A stretch of DNA of 64,000 nt from Octopus vulgaris (lineage: Eukaryota). The first letter of the stretch is position 1. Each line of letters begins with the position of its first letter. Location of the stretch: contig OX597815.1 of assembly GCA_951406725.2 (NCBI GenBank), positions 33,790,001-33,854,000 of the forward strand. Reading direction: 5' to 3'. Of this stretch, positions 48,461 through 62,776 are shown one piece after another. Both the position numbers and the translations under genes were made by a program. The notes beneath the pieces were generated by a model. The model worked only from the letters and a program-made list of their open reading frames with translations. It made no database searches and was not told where the DNA came from.

Positions 48461-50506
48461 TAAATTATTTTAACATTATAACTTTTTACTTAATTTCAGC
48501 ATTTTTTTTTTTAATTGCTGTTTTCGAACCATTCCCTTCTGCTCCAGGGCAGAACTAAGTTTTTGTCATTGTGTCTACAAACAATTTTCATTCTCAGTTG
48601 AAGTTTTTCACCTTTTTATTTAAAAATGGATATTTAATTTTTAATGCTATTTGGAAAGTCATGGATGTTTGGATTTCCATTTCTTTTCAAAAAAATCTCA
48701 GGCTTCAAGTGTAAACAAAATGTATGCAAAAGGCGAAATACAAAACAAAAAAACAACAAAAAACTCAATTATTCAGCTTTTATTTACAGAATATATTTCT
48801 TCTGTTCATTCTGTAAGTTTTGTATACAATATTTCTTTATATTTCAATTTCATTATGAAATAATTGATGTGTAATTAAATTAATCTGTACAAATATAAAT
48901 TGTCATTTTGTATCTTCTCTGCTTTCTGTCCCCCCCCCCATCTCTCTGACTATTTCTGTTTAAACAAAAAGAAAATAAAGTTTTGTAGTGAATGCTTTAA
49001 GACAAAATCTTGGTTTAAGCATTCACCAGGTTTTAATTACCAGCTAAAAGCTATTCACTTACACTACCACTACATTAACATCATCTTTGTTTACCATCTA
49101 GTTTCTATGCTGGCATGGGTGGAGAGTTTAACAGGATCTAATGTGGAGGAGGACTGCATCATGCCCCTACAGCTGGATGCCCTTCATAATGTCAACTAGT
49201 TTATTGAGTATAGGCATAGATTATATGAAGCAAGGACCCTGAAATTACAAACTTTGTTGAAAGATAGAAGGAAAATGACCTGTTATATAATGCACAAACG
49301 TGTGTGTGTATATGTACAGGTTCCCCACCAATTTTTTGGCATTCTTGGTTTCAGGGACATTTAAGTATGTATGTTGTTCAATTTCCTTCACTGATTTATT
49401 TTGAATATATGTATGTATGTATGTTGTATCTTGGGAACATCATTTTGCCAATAAGAAACATATGCACCGATTCTACTTCACTTCATTATTATTTGTCAAT
49501 GAAACCAATTAATTATCTGATCAATTACTCAATTGCAGAAACAAAATATACACATATATATAATTGTTTGTTTTAGGTTGTATTTCTGATTTATAGATAA
49601 AATCGAAAATGAACCTTTTTATGAAGTTCTCTAAATAGAAATGTAGCCCTAGTAGATTGTTACAGACCAAATAGGAATCCCTTAAACAGTAAAAAGTAGT
49701 CAGTCACCTTTTTATTGAAGGTAACTTTAGTAAAGTCATCCTTAGTAAAGTGAGAATTGAGCCACACATCTTCAATAAACTGGACAACTGTGATACCACT
49801 ATGCCAGAGAGACTTGCTGACTTTTTCCCCTCATATAAGAAGTTTTAATTTTACAAGCAAGAAAGGAAATTTTTTTGGATTGTATTCTTTGACTTGTTGA
49901 GAAATTTAAAAATAAGTATTTTTATGAAGTTGCTTCAGTGCAAATGTAGCTATAATAGCTTATTTGGTCACAGAAGTAAAGGGTAATTTGGAGATAGAAA
50001 GTTAAAAGGGGCTTTGGTTGGTTGAAGATTCAAATAAGCTCTAGTCACTGCCTATGACAGAAAGTAAGAAATAGTTTGTATAAAACATCCTGTGAAGGGC
50101 TACCGAGCAAAAATGTGGTTAGTAGGAGGCCCCCAACTAGACCGAAGGTATAATGGTGCTGGAACAGCAAAGTAGATATTTATTGGTGTGAAGAGACAAA
50201 CTTGAAAAGACTGAAATAAGAAGAAGACATCTGAGAGCAATACCAGGTAGAGGAGAAACAGAGTAAAAAGCTTATGTGTGTTTTGTGATGTGTGGATCAG
50301 AAGTGTGAGGTATTCCAGATTGCAAGACAGTGTGCTACAGAAAATCAGGAAGAGGTAGATAAAGAATAATAGCAGTGCACTTGCTCTTTCTATTGCTAAA
50401 AAGAAAAGAGGCATGGAAGTGCTATTATGTTCAATGTGGAAGATGCAGAGGACAAAGAGGGACAGCTATACAAGTGGACAGTAGCATGGTTCATAAAGCA
50501 ATTAAA

Positions 50507-50741
50507 AAGGCAGCGAACTGGCAGAATCGTTAGCACGCCGGGCGAAATGCGTAGCCGTATTTCGTCTGCCAATACGTTCTGAGTTCAAATTCCGCCGAGG
50601 TCGACTTTGCCTTTCATCCTTTCGGGGTCGATAAATTAAGTACCAGTTACGCACTGGGGTCGATGTAATCGACTTAATATGTTTGTCTGTCCTTATTTCT
50701 CCTGTCTGTGTTTAGCCCCTTGTGGGTAGTAAAGAAATAGG
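50507..50741 (+). mobile_element. SINE family B, young full-length copy
   Basis: CpG-rich head-to-tail copy, flanked by the duplicated sequence ggttcataaagcaattaa (about 50488-50505 and 50740-50757). Confidence 0.9.
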
Positions 50742-50779
50742 TTCATAAAGCAATTAAGAATATAAAGGCTAGGAAGGCT

Positions 50780-51960
50780 TACTAGTTCATCATGAATAGT
50801 GGGTAAGATAATTAAAATGTCTGGTAAAGAAGGCACTTAATAGTTATCTGCATAGTCAACCAGGCAATAAAGGAAGTAGTTATATCCAATGGCTGGGGTA
50901 GTATAGTATCATCAGTTGTTACAAAAGCAAAGGATAAAGGAAATTACAAAGACATCAAGTTGATGGACCAGATTAGACAAGTTACTGAATAACACTACTG
51001 ATTAGGAAAAGAATTGGTTTAGATGCGATGCATTACCAGAAAGGGGACCATTGATACACTTTTCTTAATGAGACAACTGCAAGTGAAGTATTCAGCTAGA
51101 AGTAAACCGCTATAACTACATACCTGTTGACTTAGAGAAGGCCTTTATTAGAGTTCCACATGACAGTTGCTAATGAAGTTGGGGACAATTAGACCATTAT
51201 TCTTTACTTGGCACAGAAGAATATAAAATATTGATTTCAAATTTTGGCACATGACCAGCAAGTTCAGGGGAGGGGGTAAGCTGATTGCATTGACCCCAGT
51301 GTTTAGCTGGTACTTTTTTTTATTGACCCCCAGAAGGATGTAAGACGAGGCTGTAGGCTTTGTGCATGACAGATGAGTAAGTACAATGAACTAAGTATGT
51401 ACAGAAAATAGACTTGCTCAAGTGTCCTTAGAATTAGTAGATATATTTTGTTACTTAGGCAACCAATTTAGCAGTGGAGGTGGATAATCTGAGAGTAGTT
51501 GCTAGACTAAGAATGGGCTGGGCAAAGTTCAGAGAACTATTACTTTTGTTGGTAACAAAAGGCCTCTCCCTCAGAGTGAAAGGTAGTTTGTGTGATGCCT
51601 GTGTACAAACAGCCATGCTAAATGGCAGTGAAACATGAGCTGTAACTGAAGAGGACATTCAAAGGCTGAAAAGAAATGAAGCCAGCATGCTTTGCTGGAT
51701 GTGCAATGTCAGTGTGCATGTATAATGGAGTGTAAGTGTTTCAAGAGAAAATTGGGTGTAAGAGGCATCAAATGTAGTATGCAAGAGAGAAGACTGTGCT
51801 GGTATGGTCATGTGATGTGTTTGGATGAGGACAGCTGCATAAAGAAGTGCTCATCTCTGTGGAGAGAAACTGTGGGAAAGGTAGGCCCAGGAAGACACTG
51901 GACAAAATGGTGAAAATGATCTTTAAATGTTGAGCCTCACAGAAGAGATAAGAAGTGACT
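50780..51960 (+). mobile_element. Degenerate RTE LINE remnant
   Basis: FLMRQLQ..., VDLEKAF.RVP, AMLNGSET and RRLCWYGHV remnants with stops. Confidence 0.75.
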
Positions 51961-52512
51961 GAGACTTCGGACAATTTGCTGTGCTTGAGAAGACACTTCA
52001 AGCTAAGTGAAATTGTGGCCATTCATGTATACATGCATGACCTTACTGTAATGTGCCCTCCACACACATTACCTGACCTCTGTCAAAATTCTCCCATCTT
52101 CCCAACACCTGCTGCAGGCCCTTCTCCTCCACTCAGATACTTCCCTCAGTTTCACTCCGTCTCTCACCTAAGAGGTATTTTGTCTTGCAAGTTACTTGGT
52201 GGCCCTACTGGTGCTGGTGCCACATAAAAAGCACCTGTGCTAGTGCTGTGTAAACAAGAGCCTGTGCTGGTGCTACATATAACACAAGCAGGACACTCTG
52301 TAAAGTGGTTGGTATTAGGAAGGGTGTCCAGCCATAGAAACTATGCCAAAACAGACAAGTGGAGCATGGTACAGCTCTCTGGCTTGCTAGCTCTGGTCAA
52401 ACCCTCCAACCCACGCTAGCACGGAAAACAAACGCTAAATGATGATAATGATGATGAGTTAATCACTTTAAAAAAATCCTTATATATATTTATATATATA
52501 TATATGTGTGTG

Positions 52513-52547
<35 letters not shown>

Positions 52548-52708
52548 TCATCATCATCATCATCGTCGTTTAGCGTGCGTTTTACATGCTAGCATGGGTT
52601 GGATGGTTTTTCGATTCTGATCCTCACTTGCCTCAACAGGTCTTCACAAGTAGAGTTTTGTGTCCCAAGAAGGGAAGGTATGCATACGTAGGCTGATATA
52701 TATATATA

Positions 52709-52979
52709 TCACCGTGACCGACCAGGCTATCAGATGTTGCTACACATCGCTGGTCACAATGCGCTTTACATTGTTTTAGCCTTCAAATGACACCACCCCG
52801 CTGGCTAAGCGAGCAGAAAGAGTGAGAGAAAGTTGCGGTGAAAGAGTACAGCAGGGATCGCCACCACCCACTGCCGGAGCCTTGACAATAAACACTCACA
52901 ACGCCCGGTCTGAGAATCGAAACTGCAATCCTACAACCGCGAGTCCTCTGCCCTAACCACTGGGCCATTGCGCCTCCAC
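52709..52979 (-). mobile_element. SINE family D (head tggaggcgcaatggcccagtggttagg); a 3' fragment also occurs at 20245-20356 (+)
   Basis: tRNA-like A/B boxes. The 3' part matches 20245-20356. Confidence 0.8.
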
Positions 52980-52980
52980 T

Positions 52981-53039
<59 letters not shown>

Positions 53040-55374
53040 ATATATATATATGTATATATTCACACACACACACACAAATAGGAAAGATGGCAACAGATTG
53101 ACAGGTAAACCAGTAGACATTACTAATATTGTACTTTGTATAAGACACATAAAGAAAGAAAAACAAGACCCAAATAGTGACATATTTCTTTAGTGTGGGT
53201 AAATCAATAATTTTGAAGTTAAATTGACATTTCTAGTTCATGTACAGCAACAATGGACTAATTTACTTTCCCTTGTCACAACATTTTCTATTATTTTTCT
53301 TTTTATATTGTTAAATGCTACATGTAATAAAAGTCAAAATTATTATAAAACCTGCCCTATGTGTTTATTGATTGTAAATAACTACTATTGCTACAACTAT
53401 TGCTATAAGCAGTAGATGTTTTGTGTTATTAATAAGCATTTTATTACCTTGTTGTACTAAGTACAAGTTCTCCAATCAGACTGACTTACAATAGTTTCGT
53501 TCACTTCATGACCCTGTTTCAAACAATTCTGTCACCACCAAAATAGTTGAAGGGATAATGGCTTGAATATTTTCTTTCAGCAATGCACAGTGTACATTGT
53601 TGCAGTATAGAGCTCTTGCTGTCATCTGTCATGTCATCTAGTTGTAGATGGGTGCCATGTCTTAATACAGTTTGCAACTGAAGAGGAATCATTGTGTGAT
53701 AAACAAGTTTTACATTCGCTTGTAATTACGTGATAAAGTTTTTCCATGGGTTTGTGTCATGTTACAACTGTCCATACAATGGCTCTCTCTCAATCAGTTC
53801 TATCACTACACAATGCACAAATGTGTTTTTGGTATAAGTGAAGGAAAGTAACTTTATGGTTGATTTAGATCAATGTTCCCTCAAAGTTGTATGCTTGTGC
53901 ATGCGTATACATTTTACAAGTGCACAAAAGGTTTTCAAAATGAGAGGGAATTTTTTAATGAAAGAAATCTTAGTCATGGTTACTTACATGGAACACACAT
54001 ACTTTACAAAAAATGACAAAATTTGTATGCAAGCAAATTTCTGTGCACACTGACAGCAAAAAGATTAGAGGAATTTGATCTTGACTTTTTACTTGATCAT
54101 ATCAATAACAACCTTTATTAACTATTTTTTTTGTTTTACTATCCCAGTTACAAGGTACCTGGGAAAAAAAAATTAATAACTGAAATTTCTACATGTATAA
54201 ATTATTACTTTGGATCAATTAGTTGAGTGAGAAGAACAAAACAACAGTAAAGACTATACACACGAGATAATCCATGTACTGACCCCTTTGTCAATTTTGC
54301 AAGCAGCCACTCATCGGTCTGTCAATAGATGCAGATGTTGTGCTGGGCTGCTGACTCAGAACTGCAAGCTAATGAAAGACTACAGGCAGTAGTTTGGTAC
54401 CTATGATGGATTCAGTGTCCACAGTGACAAAGTACGAAATATCAAGCCTTCAATAGGTGTTTGATAACAGTTCAACTTGGTCCTTAGTGGACCTCTTACA
54501 GAATGTGGAAAAGAAAACATCTTTATTTGTAAAGAAGTGATAACTGGTGAAGCATTACAAAGTAATGCAAGTCCCTAAGACATTACTGTCTTGAGGCCTA
54601 GGACTCATGTGCCTGGTTTCTCAGTTTCCATGGCATAAAAGTGATTGAGATCACAAGATTCTCCTTGAAAAGGATACTAGACTATAGCAGGATTACTCTT
54701 TACAGCTGAAGTGTTTTGCTCAGGAAGAGAATGAACCACTTGGTCCAGGAATTTTGCTCAAGATGAGAATGCACCACTTGGCCCACTAAGCCGCAAGTTT
54801 TCATTCCCCAAAAAGCATTTGTAATGGGAAGTGAATTAGTATCAGCCAGTAACTGGAATGCTGCAGTATTAGTTTGCCAGGAACTTATGTCTGGTTATTT
54901 TAATATTTACCAGTTTTGAGTGGAATGAGAATTTTTTTTTTAAGGTTTGGTTCTTTTGCTGTGCCCATCGTCATAGAAAACTGTTGAAGTCTCGTAAAAC
55001 TGATATGGTTGTCCTCTTGAACAACTGTAAAGAAAAGGACAAGGAGGGAATTCCAGAAACTTGATGTCCTAGAGAGATAAGAATGGGTGAAATGATTAGG
55101 AAAGGACCTGTAAATAGGATTGAACTCAATATAGGTGATAAGAAGAGAGATGAGTAACGGAGGGAACCAGTGAGGAGTTGGCACAAGATCAAGCAGCTCT
55201 GAGGAGTAGAAACCCTTTTAGCAGCAGTAGAAAAAACTGTATACAAGGAGATACTGAAAACTTATCGGCTTTGGGTAAAAGAAAATATAGGAGGATCAGT
55301 TATGATTTTATTCAGCATATACACCCCCCACCATCTCAGATTCATTCACTTATTGCAGCGGTCCTTCAGTTTTT

Positions 55375-55617
55375 CTAAGCAGTCGAGGGATTGCGGGTTC
55401 GATGAGCGAAACATCTAAGCTCCACGCGGCTCCGGCAGAAGGTAATGGCGAACTTCTGCTGACTTTTTCGCCACAACTTTCTCTCACCCTTTCCTCCTGC
55501 ATCTTGCAGCTCACTTGCGACGGACAGGCGTCCCGTCTAGGTGAGGAACGTATACGCCAAGGAAACCGGGAAGCCAGCCCTAATGAGCCAGGCATGGCTC
55601 GAGTAGGAACAAACAAA
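55375..55617 (+). mobile_element. GC-rich SINE related to family D
   Basis: B-box gcgggttcgatg. It shares tcgccacaactttctctcac with the reverse complement of the 52820 region. Confidence 0.6.
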
Positions 55618-56646
55618 TTTATGTCTTGAATTCAAATCCCACTGAGGTCAAGTTTCATTTATCAAGGTTGCTAAAAGAAGTACCGGTCAGTACTAAAAGA
55701 CGATCCAGTCGATTCTTGCTATCCCTACTTGTGGCCTTGCACCTACGTCAGAAATATATTTCTTACATTGGCACAAGGCCACATTTTGAGGGATGGAGTT
55801 TAATCAATTTCATTCATGTTCAGTACACGACTGGTATTTAATTCATAATTGTGAGTTCAAATTCCGCCGAGGTCGACTTTACCTTTCATCCTTTCGGGGT
55901 CGATAAATTAAGTACCAGTTACGCACTGGGGTCGATGTAATCGACTTAATACCTATGTCTGTCCTTGTTTGTCCCCTCTATGTTTAGCCCCTTGTGGGTA
56001 ATAAAGAAATTGGTATTTAATTCATAAATAGACGTAAACAAACCAGATGTGACAAAGAGAGAGTGGTGAATGACTTAATGAAAGATAGACAGAAATAATG
56101 TTAATGAAAAAAAAAAAAGTGTGGAAGAGAAAAAAAAAAGAGTAAATAAGTATAAAAGCTGGAGGGTTAAAATGTGCGAAGAATTAACAGCAGAAATATA
56201 GAAAGAAAAATAGAAGAGCAAGTTGAGAATTATATTGAACTTAAGAAAAAGAATCCCAAAAAATAAGGGGCGATTAGAAGGAAAAAAAAAAAAGAAAAGA
56301 ATGACTTGCAATTTAATTGACAGAAAGTGAAAGGAGAAGGTAATGAAAGTGGACATTGAATGAGACGAGAATTAAGCAATATCCACGTACACAGATATAG
56401 ATATAGAGGGAGAGACGAGTACAGAAACAGGTAAAGAGAGGAAGACAAGGAGGAGAGAGTCATATTGAGAGATAGATGGAAAAAAGACGGAAAAACTGAC
56501 AAGATCTGGAAAGGGAAAGAGAAATTCCGAAAGCTATTGCGTCGAAGCGATTAAAGAAATGAGAGAAAGAAACACATAAAAGAGTGAGAGGGGAAGAAAA
56601 GATACGTAGAAGGAAAGACGTGACTGAAGGAGAGCGAGAGAGAGAG

Positions 56647-56874
56647 AGAAAGAGAGGAAAGCGGGTGGATAGAGAGCTGGGTAAAGAAATATAGAGGAAA
56701 TCTACGTCGTGAGTAACAAGGAGGTGAAAGAGAGGTAAAGGGAAAGAGAGAGAGAGAGGGAGAAAGAGAGGAAAGCGGGTGGATAGAGAGCTGAGAAAAA
56801 GAAATATAGAGGAAATCTACTTCGTGAGTAACAAGGAGGTGAAAGAGAGGTAAAGGGAAAGAGAGAGAGAGAAA
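56647..56874 (+). repeat. 114-bp tandem duplication in the polypurine promoter region
   Basis: gcgggtggatagagagctg occurs at 56661 and 56775. Confidence 0.9.
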
Positions 56875-57013
56875 AAGAGAAAGAGAGGTAAAGGAAAAGA
56901 GAGAGAGAGAAAAAGAGAAAGAGAAAGAGTGAAGGCGAATAGGAGGGGCGGAGTGGGAGGAAAGCGAAAGAGTGAGTTTTGCCAGCGTGTAAAGTAGGGG
57001 GCAGCAGCGTTCT

Positions 57014-57024
57014 AAGATGGCGGC
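57014..57024 (+). promoter_or_regulatory. YY1-type motif AAGATGGCGGC overlapping the start codon
   Basis: Exact AAGATGGCGGC, a motif common at the starts of housekeeping genes. Confidence 0.6.
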
Positions 57025-57217
57025 CAATGTTGCTGAAGGGAAGGAAGTGGAAAGCAGCCGTCACGTTGATCAGTCTAACTACTCAGAATCGGACTCTTTT
57101 AGTGGACAGTTATCACCAGAAGAACATCCTGAAGATACACAGGAAACTACTGCTACTAATGGAGACAGCAATGACAAAGCTTCGGATGATAATAACAAAC
57201 AGCCATATATAATAAAG
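57017..57217 (+). CDS. First coding exon of an unidentified gene (67 aa, acidic/disordered: MAANVAEGKEVESS...KQPYIIK)
   Basis: Strong Kozak context aagATGG, 201 nt open frame, AAG|GTAAGA donor at 57218, CpG-containing promoter-like flank. No downstream exon was confidently found. Confidence 0.8.
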
Positions 57218-59084
57218 GTAAGACAAAATCAAAATTGATTTTTTTTTCTTCCCCCTTTTACTCCAATATTCCATTAGGTTTTAATTATTTTCCCTTGTTA
57301 CTCTATCGTGGTTATCATATTTATTTTCATTGGGTTGTTTAGAAAGCTTTATAGTGACCTGTAATCATACGTCTCTTGAGTCAGTGATTTGTTGGCAATT
57401 TTTGACACGTAATATAATATTATACAAATATAATGCGTGTGCCTGTCTGTGTGTACACACCCTACTTTATACCTGTTGTAAGGAAAAACAGTTTCACTTC
57501 CATCTCATTATCTTCAGTATAAATAAATACTATAAACATAGCAATGGTTTCCTTGTTTACCATGAAGGCAAAAAGAATAACATGTTACGGTTCAGTAAAC
57601 TATCAAATAAGTAAACACAGAAATAGGGTGTGACACGAAAGCGTGTATTTAATATATACTGAATAGAATGCTAATGATTTCTTGAATAAGACACGTATAC
57701 TGTTATCTATAATGAGACAAAATAGGAAGTTGCAATCTTCAGAACTGTCCTTTTATCACACTATATAGCTTACTTTCATTTCAGTTTTTGAGGGGGAAAA
57801 TGAAACCCGTAACAGAATTGTGCCGAAGGACAATAAGTACTGTGAATTGTAAAATCAGTAGAGGATCGGACAAAATGCCTTGTGGTGTTCAGTTACGTCC
57901 CTTTGCATTCAGAGTTCAAATCCCGTCGATATTAATTTGCTTTCTGTCCTTTCGGAGTTGATAGAATAAGTATCAGCCAAGTAGTGGGGGACTGGTGCAT
58001 ACTTAGCGAGAAGACAAGGAAGGGTTAGTAGCTGGGGCAGGTTCCCTCGGGTGCAGGTGTGAAGGATATATATATAAATTTCATCCGGACTCTCATGGCT
58101 GTGGTAATAATGGTGTGTGTGTGTGTGTATGTGTGTGATCAATCTAATCGGTTACTCCCCCTCCCAAATTTGTGGTCGTGTCTCTATTAGCAATCTTAGG
58201 ACGGGCGGAATTTGCCGAAATAGTAGAGCGTCAGAGTTAAATGCCTTGAAGTATTTATTTAGTTTCACTATTCGGTGTTGAAATCTCGTTTACTTTTCAC
58301 CCTTTTAGACTGTCTTATAAGTACTGTTAATATTCTGAGTTCTATACAGACGACTTTACCTACAAAATTGTTCGTCTGTCCAGTTAGAAAATATCAGTGT
58401 TTGCAAATTTATCAAAACAGTTTTCAGTAAAAAATCTAATAATGATCGAAGTGTCACTTCTTTACATTTCTCCTCTACAATTCCCCAACTTTACTTGTGT
58501 ATATTCCGTTGACTTCATACATTTTAAAAAATATTCAACATTTCTTCATGAAAGACATCCACATGATTATAAAGTGGCGAGGGGTTTCTTAGCAACACTT
58601 AGTAGTAGTAAAGCTGATTTAGACTGCTATTAGTTGTTTTGACGAGGAAGAGGTAGACAGTGTTCGCTGAAACATTGACCTGAGTCGGCAAACTTGGACA
58701 AAACATTTTTACCTGTATTCTAAATAGCTATGTACATTAGAAGATTTGGGTGAGTGCTTCTTCATTGTTCCAGCAGGTGTGTAGTAAAATTTACCTGTTG
58801 AACACTCTTTATGGTCATGTATGATAGCCTTGAGGTGGTGGATATCATCTCTCAACAACGCATGACATTACTTTGTAGGATCAACTGTTGCACATTAGCT
58901 GCTGTTTGAAGCATGAATCAGAACCAGAGTTCAGATCCAATGGCAAGTCAGATTCAAGCAATTAGAAACTCCTCGAGTAGGGAGCTGAACTAAGAAGCAG
59001 CTTCCCATTGTCATTTCTAGATTCAACACTAGATAATCTACATTCAGTAGGTACTAGATACAGTGTATTCATATTTTCTATGCT

Positions 59085-59497
59085 ATTTACTCTTTTACTT
59101 GTTTCAGTCATTTGACTGTGGCCATGCTGGAGCACCGCCTTTAGTCGAGCAAATCGACACCAGGACTTATTCTTTGTAAGCCTAGTACTTATTCTATCAG
59201 TTTCCAATTTCGAACCGCTAAGTTACGGGGGACGTAAACACACCAGCATCGGTTGTCAAGCGATGTTAGGGGGGACAAACACAGACACACAAACGTATAC
59301 ACACATACATATATATACATATACGTTTTATACGACGGGCTTCTTTCAGTTTCCGTCTACCAAATCCACTCGCAAGGCTTTGGTCGGCCCGAGGCTATAG
59401 TAGAAGATACTTGCCCAACGTGCCACGCAGTGGGACTGAACCCGTAACCATGTGGTTCGTAAGCTAGCTACTTACCTCAAAGCCACTCCTGCGCCTA
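59085..59497 (-). mobile_element. SINE family A, full length
   Basis: Reverse complement of 63271-63680. Confidence 0.88.
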
Positions 59498-61480
59498 TGG
59501 TTAGGGAAGTTTAAATTTATAAAATGGACCTATTTTTCATATTGGTTCCATAATTTGGCACAAGGCCAGCATTCGGGGATGGGGGATAAGTTGATTACAT
59601 CGACCCTTGTGCTCCACTGGTACTTATTTTATTGAACCCCCCCACAAGGATGAAAGGTAAAGTTGACCCTGGTGGAATTCGAACTCAGATCATAAAGACG
59701 GACAAAATACCTATTTCTTTACTACCCACAAGAGGATAAACAAGGACAGACAAACGGATTATATCGACCCCAGTGCATAACTGGTACTTATTTAATTGAC
59801 CCCGAAAGGATGAACGACAAAGTCGATCTCGGCGGGATTTGAACTCAGGACATTGCGGCAGATGAAATACCGCTTAGCATTTTGCCTGGCGTACTAACTG
59901 TTCTGTCAGCTTGTTTTTGACCTGTCTTTTATATTACCAATATTAAGCTGGTGCTTCATTTCTCTTGTATTGTCGACTATTATATTTTTAATCAAGCTTT
60001 ATTAAGTTGTTATTTAATTTAAAAAATATGCGGCTAAACATTAACCACATATGTTACTAATAAATAATCACCTATTTGGAACATTGTATTTTTTCTATAT
60101 GTTCAGGTATGTTCAACTTTTGAAAAATCAATATTTCAAAATCAGTCTTTAGAATACTTAACATGTGATTGTATATATTTCTATTTAAAATAACCCTACC
60201 TTGTTGTGTAAAGTGTGGTGTTATATTATACACAACGGTAACATGTTTGCTGCTTTTTCCCATATTTAAATTCTGTACACACACATACAATATTTATAAA
60301 TCGTTTTCATCAGCTGACATTAAATGGTGATTCACATGCTTGGCTATTCTAGAAACAGCTGTATGTTTATGTTCTCTACCTAAATTAAATGTCCTTTCCA
60401 AGTGATGCCAAACGTTTTGTCTTTTCATTTTTACTTTAATTTACACACATACATATATAACACAAAGTTTATTCATAAGAAAACGTGTCTGAAACAGACA
60501 TTTTTGTTCCTTCTCCTTCCCATCTATGTGTGTGTGTGTGTGTGTAAGAAGTGCCTATGTAGCGACACATAAAAACACTTGTGTGGTGACACATAATAGC
60601 GCCTATGCAGTGCCATGTAAAAGCATCCTGCAGACTCTGTAAAGTGGTTGGTATTAGGAAGGGCATCCAGCTGTGAAAACTATGCCAAATCAGACTGGAG
60701 TCTGGTGCAGCCCATCCCCTCAAGCTTGCCAGCTCTGGTCATACTGCCCAACTCATGCCAGTATGGACAACAAACTTTAAATGATGATGATGATAATATA
60801 TATATATATCTATAAATATAAAAATGTATAGTTTTAAGTTCAGTATCTTGAGCAATTGTCCTTAACGACAACCCATATTGATCATTGGTTTATGAGTGAA
60901 GTTGGGAGAGGTGACTGTATGGAGGTTTGTCATTCATATATGTATTTTAATGTTGACACTGGATTAAAATCTTTTACTCAAATAATGGTTAACAAGAATA
61001 GTGTCAGGCTGTTAATGCTTAAACAATGTGTATTCACCAAACCCATGCTAACATTGAAAAACATGTAAAATGAACTAATGTATCACTATAAAGAAATAGG
61101 AAGCCCCCTCACAATTGGAAGTAATGTCAGTATGATGATGATGATCATCATCATTGTTTAATGTCCATTTTCCATGCTGGCGTGGGTTGGAAAGTAGGCA
61201 GAAGACTTCACCAGGCTTCACTGTCTGATATAGCAGGGTTTTTACAGCTGGATGCCCTTCCTAACACCAGCTACGTTACAGAGTGGACTGAGTGCTTTTT
61301 ACATGGCACTGGTATAGGTATGAGAAGCCAACAACATCAGTTCTCTTTATTTTACTTAAAGCTGGAAATACAGAGACAACACAATGAAAGAATATGGTGG
61401 TTGTAGAGAAGCGTCATCATCATACAGGTGATAGTCATTCATTTCTGTGAGAAACTTGTCTAGACACTGTGAAATGTTAT

Positions 61481-62408
61481 GTTAGTTAGTTAGTTAATTT
61501 GGCACAAAAGCAAATAGCAAGGCCATGTAGGGGGACATGGAGTTAAGTGCAGGGTGGTGTTCATGTAAAGAGTTCAGGCCACTTGAGGTCCAGGGAGGCT
61601 TTGAACAAAGCGGTCGTCGGCATCTTCACCATCTCGTCTGGCAGCTTGTTCCACGGATCCGCAACCCGGACGGAGAAAGCTCCTCTCCTTCGATTGAGAT
61701 GAAATCGTCGCAGGTAGAGCTTTTCGGAATGACCCCGCAGCCGACGCTCCGGAGCAGGAGTGAAGAACAGCTCTTTCGAGAGGTTACACTTCCCGCTTAT
61801 GATGTTGTGGGTGAGAATGAGATCACCACGGCGGCGGCGTTTTTCAAGAGAACAAAGGTCGAGCGTCCTCAGCCTTTCTTCGTAGGACAAATTTTTGAGA
61901 CCATGAACCATGCGGGTAGCCAGCCTCTGGACTCTTTCGAGGTGCTGTATGTCTTTGAGGAGATAAGGAGAAGAGGCTTGAATCCCATACTCCAATATGG
62001 GTCTCACCAGCGTGACATAGAGTGGCAGGAATATGGCTGCTGTGAGCATTCCGAATGACCGTCGAATCAAAAACAGAATTCCGCGCGCTTTGTTGGCAGC
62101 ATGGACGCACTGGGCCGAAGGCGAAAAGGAGGAATCCACCAAGATACCCAGGTCCTTTACCTGATCGGTCCTCTCCAGCAGCAGACGACCCGGCTCGAAA
62201 TCAAGTTGAGTTGCAGGAGTAGAGCCGACAGGCAGATGACAGCACTTCGACACGTTCAGACACAGGTCCCAATCGTTAGACCACTTCCAAATTTGGTGGA
62301 GGCATCGACGAAGATCCTCTATACTACCGCGAGGAGCGACCAGTTTGATATCGTCGGCAAATAGAAGGGTGTGTTGCGTGAGGTCGTCGGGCAAGTCATT
62401 TATGAAGA
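61481..62408 (-). mobile_element. Young, 5'-truncated CR1-clade LINE with (TAAC)n tail
   Basis: Stop-free FINDLPD...LFADDIKL...KDLGILVD...VRPILEYG...LERVQRLATR...LRGH...FSVRV...WNKLP. CpG-rich, and inserted into an older repeat. Confidence 0.93.
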
Positions 62409-62740
62409 CTAGGTGAGAATTGGTGACAGGAAGGGTGTCCAACCATATAAAACCTGCCTCAATAAATTCCATCTGATCCTTGCAAGCATGGAAAAATGTA
62501 TATTAAAAAGATGATGATGGTATTCTATACTTTGTATAATGTACAGACTGAAGCTTGGCACAGCTTTCCAGCATGCCAGCCCAGTCAAACTGTCCAACCC
62601 ATACCAGCATGGACAACAGACATTAAATGATGATGATGTGGCAGAAATCTGGCCACCATGGATTACAGAAGCCTAATGAATCACAGTAAATGTATCTGAT
62701 TCATATTGTCAGTGTTGTTTGCAAAATACAACTCACCAAA

Positions 62741-62776
<36 letters not shown>

